NCBI GenBank assembly: GCA_002368575.1
Contig: DFEA01000040.1
Coordinates: forward strand, 1,300 to 65,299
Length of the DNA stretch: 64,000 nt
DNA from: Lachnospiraceae bacterium UBA3814
GTDB taxonomy: Bacteria > Bacillota > Clostridia > Lachnospirales > Lachnospiraceae
Direction of reading: 5' to 3'
This document shows positions 35,489-44,579 of this stretch, piece after piece. The notes beneath the pieces were generated by a model. The model saw only the letters and a program-made list of their open reading frames with translations. It did not search any database and had not been told where the DNA came from. Each line of letters starts with the position of its first letter. Within the stretch, counting starts at the first letter, position 1. The position numbers were made by a program, and so were the translations under genes.

Positions 35489-36895
35489 TTAACCCCTTCC
35501 TACGCTCATTAAGTCAATATCCGGTCTCTTTTTCAGAATGTCCCTCTGCTCCCCGGTCAGCACATTGTTGGCGTCATAGATGAGCCTCTTTTCTTCCTTC
35601 AGTCCCGAGAAATCCATATCATGGTATTCCTTATGATCGACGGCAAAAAATATCACATCAAATCCGTTCAGATCCGGTATCTCCTTAAGGACCTCCCTGT
35701 CAAGCTCATGCCAGTATTCCACTAACGGGTCCTGACAGGTGATGACCGCGCCCTTCCTTTCCGCCTCACGCACGAAGATCTCCGAAGGGGAGTACCTTGT
35801 GTCTCCCACATCCTGTCTGTAGCTTACTCCGAGAAGGAGTATCTTTTTGCCCGACAGATCTCCGTTCATATATCCGGTGATCCTTTCAACGCTCAGCAGC
35901 GGCATGCCGTCATTGATCTTCACCGCCTCCTCGCAAAAGGGGAAGGAAGCGTCCCTGATCCCGTAGATATCTCTTGCGGAGATCATCGCAAACAGCGGAT
36001 CCTTTGTGAGGCAGTACCCGCCTACTCCGAAGCCGGGCTGTCTTATATTGGAATGAGTAGGCCGCACACGTATGGCGTTTACGATCTCAAACATGTCTAT
36101 CCCTATGCTCTCGGCAAAGCTTCCCCACTCCTCCATGAAGGCGATGTTCATGGCCCGGTAGGAGTTTTCAAGGACCTTCGCGGTTTCGGAGGCCGCAGTA
36201 CTGCCAAGCTTTTTCAGGGGGTATTGTGCTGTATTGATGATGCTTTCAAGGAAGCCTCTGCATTTTTCCTCAGACGCCTCATTGATGCCTGAATACACCC
36301 TCCAGAAATTGACTATGGAATTGTAGTAATCCTTACCCGGCATGACCCGTTCATATGAATGTGCCAGGCGTATGCTTTCCTCAGGGAGCCCTCTTTTCTC
36401 AAACTCCTCCTTAAGGATAGGGTATACTATCCTTTCACAGGTCCCCGGAGGCACCGTCGTCTCCACTATCACCAACGCTTCGGGCCGCAGCATCCTTCCC
36501 AGGGTATGGATGGCATTCCTGAAGCCATCCATTTTAACATAGGGTCTTTCGGCATCCTTTACGATATCCAGATTTATATCCACGACTGCTATATCCGCGT
36601 AACGATAATAGTCCGCATCCGTAGTAGCCCACAGATTTCCCTCCTTACAGGCATTTCGCAACGCCTCCGAAAGGTTGTCATCCTTGTTTTCATAAGGAAA
36701 TATGCCTTTATTTATTTTGTCCGCCTTTTTCTGCCCCTCTTCACCCGGCACATCGAAGCCGATGACGTTATAGAGCACATTTCCTCCGTCATCCCTCGCG
36801 TTTGCAACGGCCACAGCCATTGCGGCTCCCACAAAGCCAAGGCCCTGAACGCAGACCGTCCTTCTGTTATCGGAAAACTTTTCAGGTAAACTCAT
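35489..36895 (-). CDS. Nucleotide-sugar dehydrogenase (UDP-glucose/GDP-mannose dehydrogenase family)
   Basis: N-terminal Rossmann VCVQGLGFVGAAMAVAVA, catalytic-Cys region GFGVGGYCLTKDP, and a C-terminal UDP-binding-type domain. Confidence 0.75.
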   Translation of the reverse strand: MSLPEKFSDNRRTVCVQGLGFVGAAMAVAVANARDDGGNVLYNVIGFDVPGEEGQKKADKINKGIFPYENKDDNLSEALRNACKEGNLWATTDADYYRYADIAVVDINLDIVKDAERPYVKMDGFRNAIHTLGRMLRPEALVIVETTVPPGTCERIVYPILKEEFEKRGLPEESIRLAHSYERVMPGKDYYNSIVNFWRVYSGINEASEEKCRGFLESIINTAQYPLKKLGSTAASETAKVLENSYRAMNIAFMEEWGSFAESIGIDMFEIVNAIRVRPTHSNIRQPGFGVGGYCLTKDPLFAMISARDIYGIRDASFPFCEEAVKINDGMPLLSVERITGYMNGDLSGKKILLLGVSYRQDVGDTRYSPSEIFVREAERKGAVITCQDPLVEYWHELDREVLKEIPDLNGFDVIFFAVDHKEYHDMDFSGLKEEKRLIYDANNVLTGEQRDILKKRPDIDLMSVGRG

Positions 36896-36916
36896 CGCTC
36901 ATCACCGTCTCAACCC

Positions 36917-38026
36917 TTATTCAAGGGGTTCCTTCAGCACCCATTCATTCATATCATTCCGTTCAAACAGCTCCGTATTATAGAAGCTGTTCACGATCCT
37001 CCAGAACTCGGACTCGGAATAGCCTAAAAATTCACAGAAATCCTCCACACATTTGGGATCCAGCTTTCCATCCCTTTCCCTGACGAGCTTTACCGCTTCC
37101 TCTCTGCTCATCATCCCATATCTCACAAACCTTGACGCATAATCCGTAGCCACACCGTGTCCGAACTTCGGATATTTCATCCAGGGATGGACGATATAGG
37201 CCCTTGTATCCACCTGATCGAAGTTTTCCGCATTCTGTGTCCTGTCCCACTCATGAGTAAGGTCATGGAAGCCATGCTCCTTGGCAAACCTGTAATTGGC
37301 AACACTGTTCCAGGGCACGAAATACGATACATACATGGGATCCAGCCTGTTTATCTCATCCTCTGTCGGAGCCTTCAGCAATGAAAGATCCTTCATGTCC
37401 ACTCCCGGTATTGAGCAAAGCTCATCAAAAGCTATGTCGCTTGCCACACCGTTGTTCAAAAGCCCCCGGGCTGAATAGGTCTCCTTCGCATCCGCTCCCC
37501 CGTATTCGAGACTCACGTTTTCACCGTAGACCAGTAACGGGATATTGAGATTTAACGCCATCCTCATCGGAAAGGTATATATCAGCCTGTCCACATACCA
37601 GGTGGGCTTTCCGTATTTTTCAAAGGTGTATCTCATAACGGCCTTCTGCGTCTTGATGTCAGGCTTCAGACTTATAATATGACAGCCGAATTCCTCAGAG
37701 ATATTCCTGATATTGTGTATTCCGGCCCGCGTCATCGGAAAATTATCCTCAACACTTACAAGTATCGGATTCATCTTCATCACATTCTTCATGATATGTG
37801 TCTGAAAATGACTGTCCTTTCCACCGCTGGCAGCTATCACACAGTCATAGCCGTCGCCGTTCATCCCCCTGTACCTGTCGCAAAGCGCCTGAAGCTCCTT
37901 GAAGCGTTCGTCCCAGTTGACCCTGCTTTTTGCTTCATGTGCCCTGCACGCGGAGCATATGCCCTCGCTGTCAAATTTTATTCCCGGTCTCGTATCCGGC
38001 ATTACGCATCTTTTACAATACCTCAT
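36917..38026 (-). CDS. N-acetyl-sugar amidotransferase (WbpG/PseA/WbuX family, PP-loop ATPase)
   Basis: MRYCKRCVMPDTRPGIKFDSEGICSACRAHE zinc-ribbon start and PP-loop AASGGKDSHFQ, as in the TIGR03573-type family from memory. Confidence 0.75.
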   Translation of the reverse strand: MRYCKRCVMPDTRPGIKFDSEGICSACRAHEAKSRVNWDERFKELQALCDRYRGMNGDGYDCVIAASGGKDSHFQTHIMKNVMKMNPILVSVEDNFPMTRAGIHNIRNISEEFGCHIISLKPDIKTQKAVMRYTFEKYGKPTWYVDRLIYTFPMRMALNLNIPLLVYGENVSLEYGGADAKETYSARGLLNNGVASDIAFDELCSIPGVDMKDLSLLKAPTEDEINRLDPMYVSYFVPWNSVANYRFAKEHGFHDLTHEWDRTQNAENFDQVDTRAYIVHPWMKYPKFGHGVATDYASRFVRYGMMSREEAVKLVRERDGKLDPKCVEDFCEFLGYSESEFWRIVNSFYNTELFERNDMNEWVLKEPLE

Positions 38027-38051
38027 GGCAATCCCCTCCTTCAGTTATACT

Positions 38052-38083
38052 AAACGAATTAAGTGTTTGCACTTAATCCGTTT
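38052..38083. promoter_or_regulatory. 14-bp-arm palindrome/hairpin in the leader of the amidotransferase sub-operon
   Basis: AAACGAATTAAGTG-TTTG-CACTTAATCCGTTT, with one mismatch that becomes G-U on the minus-strand RNA. It lies 25 nt upstream of the ATG at 38026. Confidence 0.45.
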
Positions 38084-38138
38084 ACAATAAAACAGGCAAA
38101 GACCACTTATAATCCCGAAGCGCCTTTGCCTGACCGGA

Positions 38139-38167
38139 ATTATAGATAAAATAAAACGGTTTGTCAA
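38139..38167 (-). promoter_or_regulatory. Consensus sigma-A promoter (TTGACA-17 nt-TATAAT) internal to the long minus-strand cluster
   Basis: On the minus strand, TTGACA is at 38167-38162 and TATAAT at 38144-38139, with exactly 17 nt between. It sits in the 166-nt gap between the oxidoreductase stop and the amidotransferase start. Confidence 0.7.
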
Positions 38168-38192
38168 TCGCAACCGGGGCAGATACTGTCGA

Positions 38193-39374
38193 TCACAACT
38201 CTACCCAGCTTCCCTTTTCGGCCGAATAATATGAGGCATATATTATCTTCGCCACATCATAGGCAAGACCAAAGCCCGATTTGGGCTCCCTGTCATAATA
38301 TACGGCTTCCATAAAATCCCTCATTTCATCGGTATATCCTCTTATTATCTCATCCTCCAGCGCAAGATTATTCCACCCAGTCTTGGAAGGAAGCATTTCC
38401 GAGAGATACACATCCTCAAGCCTTTCCTCATCAAGGAAATAGGTGCTCATCATGTTGTTAAGGGTAAGGGTGCAGTTTATTGCCGCATCGTTACAGTACA
38501 GCTCGATGTAGTTCTTACTGCCTCCGAGGAGCACATCAGTGGCTATTATCAGCGCCTTGGTGCCGTCGGTAAAATTAATTATGACTGTGCCGCTGTCCTC
38601 CACATCATGCGGTCTTGCGGCTATATGCCTGTGTTCATATTCCGTAAGGCCGGAGGTTATGTTTCCCATATCCGCAAGCAGGGAACGTACCCTTATCTCC
38701 ACTCCCCTTGCCCTGGCCTCTATTCTCTTAAGCCACAGTATGGCCGCAAGCGGATGTGCCCCCGTTCTTATAAAGGTCCCGCCCCCGGTCCTGTTCCACT
38801 CTCCTGCCACCGGGGAACTGGAGCCCTTAAGGCTCTCCTCACCCTTGGCATAGAGTATCCTGCTCTTCTTCTTACTTATTATCTCGGCCGCCTTGGTCAC
38901 TGCGGGCGCATACACAAAATTCTCGGCATACATGAACTTCCTGCCGGAGCTTTTCACCACCTCGGAGAGCGCATCCATTTCCTCAAGAAGCTCAAAATAC
39001 ATCTTTTCCTTTTTCACCTTAAGCCCTATGGGCTCACTGTCGCCCTCTTTTCCGAAGTAACCGCTCAGGGGCTTTTCACAGATAACGTGCTTTCCGGCGT
39101 TAAGCGCCCTTTTGATCATTTCCTCATGCACATAGGGAGGGGTGCAGATATCTATTACATCTATCTCCCTGTCCCTCAAAAGATCCTCGAAATCAAGGGA
39201 GGCATTCTGAAAATCATACCTTTCCTTCATCCTGCTGAGCTGCTCCGGACGCCTTGCGATAATGTGCTTTGCGCAGACCGGAACTCCGGTATATCTTCTC
39301 AGCGCGTTCATATGAAGCTCCGTAGCGCGCCCCGCTCCGGCCATTCCGATGCAGATCTCACCTTTTTTATTCAT
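38193..39374 (-). CDS. Gfo/Idh/MocA-family NAD(P)-dependent oxidoreductase
   Basis: N-terminal Rossmann ICIGMAGAGRATELH, EKP motif (HVICEKPL), and family-typical C-terminal alpha/beta domain. Confidence 0.7.
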   Translation of the reverse strand: MNKKGEICIGMAGAGRATELHMNALRRYTGVPVCAKHIIARRPEQLSRMKERYDFQNASLDFEDLLRDREIDVIDICTPPYVHEEMIKRALNAGKHVICEKPLSGYFGKEGDSEPIGLKVKKEKMYFELLEEMDALSEVVKSSGRKFMYAENFVYAPAVTKAAEIISKKKSRILYAKGEESLKGSSSPVAGEWNRTGGGTFIRTGAHPLAAILWLKRIEARARGVEIRVRSLLADMGNITSGLTEYEHRHIAARPHDVEDSGTVIINFTDGTKALIIATDVLLGGSKNYIELYCNDAAINCTLTLNNMMSTYFLDEERLEDVYLSEMLPSKTGWNNLALEDEIIRGYTDEMRDFMEAVYYDREPKSGFGLAYDVAKIIYASYYSAEKGSWVEL

Positions 39375-40185
39375 ACAGGCTCTCCCTGAACTTTATAGTC
39401 CTTCTAACCTTTTCCATCAGAGCATCAAACCCTTCTTCGTCAAGCTGCTGTGCGCTGTCGCTCAAGGCATCCTTCGGGGACGGATGGACCTCGATCTCCA
39501 GGCCGTCACACCCTGCCATAACGGCGCTTAAGGACATCGGCCCGATCATTTCCGCTCTGCCCGTCGCGTGTGAGGGATCAACCACCACCGGCAGATGCGT
39601 CAGCTCCTTAAGAGCCGCCACCGCGCTCAGATCCAGCGTGTTTCTGGTATAGGTCTCAACGGTACGGATACCGCGTTCGCAGAGGATGACATCGTGATTA
39701 CCTTCCTTCATGATGTACTCCGCACAGTTGAGCCATTCCTCTATAGTCGCGTTCATCCCCCTCTTAAGCAGCACCGGCCGTCCGCAGCGTCCCACCTCCA
39801 CAAGCAGGGAATAATTCTGCATGTTTCTTGTCCCGATCTGCAGGACATCCGCATATTCGCTTATCAGAAAAACGTCCCTGGTATCCGTGACCTCGGTAAC
39901 TATGGGCAGTCCGAAGGCGTCTCCGGCCTTCTTCAGATACTGAAGTCCTACTCTTCCCAGCCCCTGGAAGGAGTACGGTGAGGTCCTCGGCTTGTACGCC
40001 CCGCCTCTGAGCATATTTGCTCCGGCCTTTTTTACGATCTCAGCCGCCTTCATCACCTGCTCCTCGGATTCAACGCTGCAGGGCCCTGCGATAACAAGGA
40101 AATCCCTCCCCACGGTGATGTCCGAAACCTTAAATTCCGTTCTCTTTTCCTGAGCCTCAAGGCCTGCAAGCTTTAATCCGTACAT
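39367..40185 (-). CDS. 3-deoxy-7-phosphoheptulonate (DAHP) synthase homolog, class I-beta, no regulatory domain
   Basis: [54 protein letters not shown] and [12 protein letters not shown] are DAHPS I-beta signatures rather than KDO8PS. It overlaps the downstream gene by 8 nt, and its start abuts the ACP stop. Confidence 0.75.
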   Translation of the reverse strand: MYGLKLAGLEAQEKRTEFKVSDITVGRDFLVIAGPCSVESEEQVMKAAEIVKKAGANMLRGGAYKPRTSPYSFQGLGRVGLQYLKKAGDAFGLPIVTEVTDTRDVFLISEYADVLQIGTRNMQNYSLLVEVGRCGRPVLLKRGMNATIEEWLNCAEYIMKEGNHDVILCERGIRTVETYTRNTLDLSAVAALKELTHLPVVVDPSHATGRAEMIGPMSLSAVMAGCDGLEIEVHPSPKDALSDSAQQLDEEGFDALMEKVRRTIKFRESLYE

Positions 40186-40433
40186 TACGCTTCCTCTGTT
40201 TTCTTACGGATCATCTCCACCAGGCCTCCCACAGTCTGAAAATCAGAAGAGGTGAGCTCCGAATCGTCAAAGCTGATCCCGAACTCATCCTCAAGCTCCA
40301 TAACAAAGCTGACGATGCCTACTGAATCGATATATCCGTTTTCTATGAAATTAAAGCCGTCAATATCCGACCCGGCAGGGATATCATATTCACTCTGGAT
40401 ATGCTCCAGTACAAACTCTCTTATCCTGTCCAT
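40185..40433 (-). CDS. Acyl/peptidyl carrier protein
   Basis: 82 aa, acidic, with phosphopantetheine-site motif GYIDSVGIVSFVMELE. Confidence 0.75.
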   Translation of the reverse strand: MDRIREFVLEHIQSEYDIPAGSDIDGFNFIENGYIDSVGIVSFVMELEDEFGISFDDSELTSSDFQTVGGLVEMIRKKTEEA

Positions 40434-40439
40434 CCTGAT

Positions 40440-41954
40440 CTATGCCTCCTGTGCTCTTACCGTTTCAAATATTTTATTCCTTACAAGCTTTCCCATGGGA
40501 TTCCTTGGCAGCGTGTCAAGGAAAAACACATAATGTGGCTGCTGGAAATCCGCCAGCCTCTTTGCGCAGTACAGCTTAATGCTCCTCTCCGATATCTCGG
40601 AGGCCTCTTCCTTTACAACCGCAAGAGCGACCACCTCCCCGAGCCTGTCATCGGGATATGAAAAGGCCGCACATTCCTTTACTCCCTCGGCCTGCGATAC
40701 TGCCTGCTCCACATCGTAAGGATATACATTTATACCGCCAGTGATTATAAGCTCCTTCTTCCTGCCGCAGAAATACAGATATCCGTCCTCATCCAGTCTC
40801 CCGAGATCACCGGTCCTGAAATACCCATCCTGGGTAAACGCGTTGTCCGTAAGCTCCCGCTGCCCGTAATACCCGTTGAAAATGAGCCCGGTCTTTATGG
40901 CTATCTCTCCGATCTCGCTGGAGGGAAGCCCCTCTCCCTCATCATTGATCACTTTTATGTCCGCCTCCGGTATGGCCTGTCCCACAGACTGCTGCTTGCT
41001 CTCGGCCTCCCTGAAATTAATGCTGGTGGCGGTAGAGGTCTCGCTGGTTCCGTACATCTCGTGAAAATCGCATTTAAGCTTCTTAATAAGCTCCGTTCTA
41101 ACATGGGGCTCCAAAAGTGCCGACGAGGATACGATAGACCGAAAGCCCGTTATGTCAGGCGCAAAGGGGCTGGAAAGGAGCTGGGCTATCTGTCCGAGCT
41201 GCGCTGAAACAGCTATGGTAAAGGTCACCCTCTGCTCGCTGGCGCACTTAAGCCACAGATTGGCGGTAAATCTCGGAAGCAGTATGGATTCAGCCCCTAT
41301 TGTGAGCGGAAGCATCACAAGCCTCTCAGCAAGCGAATGATAAAGAGGTGTGGCCGCCAGCACCCTGTCGTTTTCGGTTATGTCATACAGCCTGATATGG
41401 GCCTCTATACGCTTTAATTTGTTGTTCTGGGTGAGCTCTATTGGCTTTGGTACCCCGGTGGAGCCTGAGGTCATGGTGAGTATCCAGGTCTCATCCCCCG
41501 TGATCCCGTCCATCTGCGGTATCCTGTCCTCCGAAGAAAGCACGCTGTCAAAGGTATCGCAGCCTTCAGCCTCTCCATCCAGGCAGAGCCTCAGTCCTGT
41601 GCTGCCGTTAAACGTAAACTTTTTCCAGAAGGACCTTCTGGCTATTATGTGCTTTACCCTTCCCGCTTCAAAGGCGGTCTTTATCGCCTCCTCCGGGAGG
41701 GTCGGATTGATCGGGGCAAGCCCCGCGCCTATCGCCGCGGACGCAAGCATCAGAGCCGCGGATTCGATGCTGTTGTTCATCGGGATCCCGATGATATCGT
41801 TTCTTTCTACCCCCCTGCTCTTAAGATATGCCGCATATCTGCATACCAGTGACGAAAGCTCCCCATAGGTCATTTCCTCGCCATCGCACCATATTGCGGT
41901 CTTATCCGGTTTTTCCTTTACCTGTTTAAAAAAAAGTTCTGCTATGCTTCCCAT
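40440..41954 (-). CDS. AMP-dependent synthetase/ligase (adenylating enzyme, DltA/acyl-CoA-ligase superfamily)
   Basis: LTMTSGSTGVPKPI, YGTSETS, TGDLGRLDEDGYLYFCGRKKELII and GGINVYP. The ORF-track start at 41984 is TTG, so the ATG at 41954 is used. Confidence 0.8.
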   Translation of the reverse strand: MGSIAELFFKQVKEKPDKTAIWCDGEEMTYGELSSLVCRYAAYLKSRGVERNDIIGIPMNNSIESAALMLASAAIGAGLAPINPTLPEEAIKTAFEAGRVKHIIARRSFWKKFTFNGSTGLRLCLDGEAEGCDTFDSVLSSEDRIPQMDGITGDETWILTMTSGSTGVPKPIELTQNNKLKRIEAHIRLYDITENDRVLAATPLYHSLAERLVMLPLTIGAESILLPRFTANLWLKCASEQRVTFTIAVSAQLGQIAQLLSSPFAPDITGFRSIVSSSALLEPHVRTELIKKLKCDFHEMYGTSETSTATSINFREAESKQQSVGQAIPEADIKVINDEGEGLPSSEIGEIAIKTGLIFNGYYGQRELTDNAFTQDGYFRTGDLGRLDEDGYLYFCGRKKELIITGGINVYPYDVEQAVSQAEGVKECAAFSYPDDRLGEVVALAVVKEEASEISERSIKLYCAKRLADFQQPHYVFFLDTLPRNPMGKLVRNKIFETVRAQEA

Positions 41955-42010
41955 AAACCTGTCCCTGTCCGCGCCGGTTTTCAAAAAACCGTGCGCTTAT
42001 GCTCAAATAC

Positions 42011-42643
42011 TTATAACGGCATAAATCTGGCCGGGTTTCCAAAGGTCTTCATTCCCGCAGGCACATCCTTAAGCACAACGCTCCCTATGCCGATATACGC
42101 GTCGTCGCCTACCTGAACATCCTGTGCGATCGCCGCGTTCGCGCCTACAAATACCCTTTTTCCTATCCTCACGTTTCTCAGTATGCTGCACATCCCGCTT
42201 AAGGTCGTATAATCATCTATAAATACATCATGTCCGACTCCGGAGGAAAACACGGTGACGAATTTACCTACCGTGGAATTAACCGACAGCTTGGAATACG
42301 GGAACATGATAAGCCCCTCTCCGTAGTGGCTGAATTCCGTGATCCTGGCTGTAGGATGAATGATCGGCGGAAAGACCGCGCCCTTTTCCTTAAGCTCTCT
42401 GGAGCGAAGCTCCTTGGCCCCGGGGTCTGCGATCGCCATTGCAAATACCTCTCCCTCCTTTGGATTCCAGTCGCTGTTCCTTCCGACGATCCTGTAATCA
42501 CATTCCACGCCCTTAAGCGCATCAAAGTTATTGTCCAGAAAGCCGCCGATCTCCCATGTGGGGCTGACTTCGTTTATCTCCTTAATGATCTGTAAAAGCT
42601 CCTTGCCCAATCCCCCTGCGCCTACTATATATATTTTATCCAT
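42011..42643 (-). CDS. NeuD/PglD-family hexapeptide-repeat sugar acyltransferase
   Basis: MDKIYIVGAGGLGKELLQII...GFLDN N-terminal Rossmann-like domain, then a left-handed beta-helix repeat region (IGKRVFVGANAAIAQDVQVGDDAYIGIGSVV). Confidence 0.75.
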   Translation of the reverse strand: MDKIYIVGAGGLGKELLQIIKEINEVSPTWEIGGFLDNNFDALKGVECDYRIVGRNSDWNPKEGEVFAMAIADPGAKELRSRELKEKGAVFPPIIHPTARITEFSHYGEGLIMFPYSKLSVNSTVGKFVTVFSSGVGHDVFIDDYTTLSGMCSILRNVRIGKRVFVGANAAIAQDVQVGDDAYIGIGSVVLKDVPAGMKTFGNPARFMPL

Positions 42644-42712
42644 CCTGCTGACTCCTTCTGCGCGATCCGCCTTTTTCCTGCTGATCTGATGAGCTGACCG
42701 GAAACCATCAGA

Positions 42713-43405
42713 TCATTTTCCGTACAGCTCCCTGTATACAGCCTGTGCCACTTTAAAATCAAACTCATCATCTATGTCTACAGAGTATTTTCTGTCCATG
42801 ATATACGCAAAGACGCCTTCCGCAAACAGATTCCTGTGGTTTTTTATAAAATATCCCGTGTTTATCAGGTAGATTGCCCCGTTTATCCTGTAGTATTTTT
42901 CAAAATCCTGCCGCTGCTTACCGTCACCGCCTCCGAAGCCGGACATATCCCCGTCCGGGCCCAGGGGATGAAACCACGCGGGAGGATGGTCCGCCTCACA
43001 AACCGAAAATACCGCATTTGCCTTCTTGCTTTCGTACAGCTTAAAGGCCTGCCTGATATGCTCTCCCGTTCTTAAGGGGCTGGTGGGCTGCAGCAGGGTA
43101 ACGGTATCAAAGCTTTTCCCGAGCTCCTCGTATTTTCGAAGGACCTCAAGCACCGCATCCCAGGAATCGGCCTTATCCGAAGACATTTCCGCGCTTCTTA
43201 AAAACGGGACATCCGCGCCGGAGCTGCGGGCTATCTCCGCGTATCTTTCAGAATCCGTCGAAACATGGATCGTATCAAAAAGCCCCGACTCCTTTGCCGC
43301 GTTTACCGAATACGCCAGTAACGGTTTTCCGGCCAGCTCCTTTATATTTTTATCCTTAAGTCCCTTTGAGCCGCTTCTTGCGGGTATAACAGCAATATTT
43401 CCCAT
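42713..43405 (-). CDS. neuA: Acylneuraminate (nonulosonate) cytidylyltransferase
   Basis: IAVIPARSGSKGLKDKNIKELAGKPLLAYSV and ..LQPTSPLR.. Start set to ATG at 43405. Confidence 0.8.
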   Translation of the reverse strand: MGNIAVIPARSGSKGLKDKNIKELAGKPLLAYSVNAAKESGLFDTIHVSTDSERYAEIARSSGADVPFLRSAEMSSDKADSWDAVLEVLRKYEELGKSFDTVTLLQPTSPLRTGEHIRQAFKLYESKKANAVFSVCEADHPPAWFHPLGPDGDMSGFGGGDGKQRQDFEKYYRINGAIYLINTGYFIKNHRNLFAEGVFAYIMDRKYSVDIDDEFDFKVAQAVYRELYGK

Positions 43406-43415
43406 ACCTTCCCCC

Positions 43416-44579
43416 CTACAGGTCATAAAAGCTCTTCTTCAGGTCAATGGTGCCGCATTCAAGGGATCTTCTGATCTGTGCTATGATCCTCTCTGAGGTG
43501 TTTCCGTCCCCGAAGGGGCTGACCACATTTTGTGAAAGCTCCTTAAATTCCGGCGTCAGGGCCTTTGAGATCGCACGGACTATGTCCTCCTTCTTCGGAC
43601 TGCAGCAGATCAGGTTATCTGCCATTATCCTCCCCTTCTGCCTGTCTCCTATGTTGACCACGGGTATTTTCATGGAGGGCCCCTCAGATATGCCGCTTGA
43701 GGAATTGCCCAGCATGAAGCTTGAGTATTTCAATGCTGACAGGTATCTTACAGCGCCGAGAGATGCGGTGTAAAACCAGTTTTCATGTCTTCTGCTTTCC
43801 TTCTCCCATATCTCGTTTATCCGCCTTCCGCCCGCGTCGGCATTTGATCTGGTAATGATATAGCGAAGCTCCTTAAAGGAGTCCATTGCCCCTATCAGCT
43901 CGTACAGCTGCTCCTCCATAGTAAGGTTTTCAAGTGTGACGGGATGAAAGGTGACCACCGCGTAATCATATCCGGACAGCTCAAAGCCAAGGGAGCTCTG
44001 AAGCTCGCCCAGTGTAAGCTTCGGGAGGAAGAGACAGTTCTCTACCCCCAGTGATCCTACATTAAACACCCTCTCCGGGTCCTCGCCCAGCTGTATGACC
44101 CTCTTCCTGTATACCTCACTTGAGGTAAAATGAAGGTAGCTCATTTTGGTGATGCTGTGCCTTAAAAATTCATCCACCGCACCCTCTGTGGTATCTCCCC
44201 CGTAAAGATGCGCTATGGGTATGCCAAGCATCGCCGCGGCAAAGGCGGCCCCGAAGACCTCAAATCTGTCGCCCAGCACGATAAGGTAATCGTAATCCCT
44301 GCCTTCGAAATAATCCGTAAAGCCCTTTATCGTATCTGCCGCAGCCCTTGCCATTCCTCCCCTGCTGTCATCGTCAAGCGGGATCCTTATACTCTCTGTA
44401 ATGGAAATACCGTCTTTTTCAATGGCCCTGCGGGTCTCTCCGAAAAGCGGATCCAGATGGCTTCCTGTTATCACGAAATCAAGAGCTATATCCTCCGCGC
44501 TGTTCAGTTTTATTATAAGCGGCTTCAACAGATCATATTCCGCCCTGCTGCCGCTCACCAGACATATCCTATAACTCAA
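43416..44579 (-). CDS. neuC: UDP-N-acetylglucosamine 2-epimerase (hydrolysing), NeuC family
   Basis: ICLVSGSRAEYDLLKPLI, ..VLGDRFE.., ..HLYGGD.. and ..GNSSSGI.. are typical NeuC/LegG-type patterns. Confidence 0.8.
   Translation of the reverse strand: MSYRICLVSGSRAEYDLLKPLIIKLNSAEDIALDFVITGSHLDPLFGETRRAIEKDGISITESIRIPLDDDSRGGMARAAADTIKGFTDYFEGRDYDYLIVLGDRFEVFGAAFAAAMLGIPIAHLYGGDTTEGAVDEFLRHSITKMSYLHFTSSEVYRKRVIQLGEDPERVFNVGSLGVENCLFLPKLTLGELQSSLGFELSGYDYAVVTFHPVTLENLTMEEQLYELIGAMDSFKELRYIITRSNADAGGRRINEIWEKESRRHENWFYTASLGAVRYLSALKYSSFMLGNSSSGISEGPSMKIPVVNIGDRQKGRIMADNLICCSPKKEDIVRAISKALTPEFKELSQNVVSPFGDGNTSERIIAQIRRSLECGTIDLKKSFYDL

Noticed and set aside
38607-39389. 260-aa plus-strand ORF opposite the Gfo/Idh/MocA gene. 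Similar long antisense ORFs lie at 45674-46384, 58940-59785, 60326-61144 and 62936-63553.
   Set aside because: In each case the opposite strand encodes a protein with strong family motifs. The antisense products are compositionally odd (Pro/Arg/Leu/Ser-rich), consistent with frame shadows in GC-richer coding DNA.
39367-40185. Calling the PEP-aldolase homolog a KDO-8-phosphate synthase
   Set aside because: The [26 protein letters not shown] and DPSHATGR motifs are the DAHPS I-beta versions. KDO8PS has different loops, as far as I recall.
40185-41954. dltA/dltC D-alanylation system
   Set aside because: No DltB (MBOAT) or DltD genes are adjacent. The pair is embedded with a NeuD-like acyltransferase and a DAHPS homolog instead.
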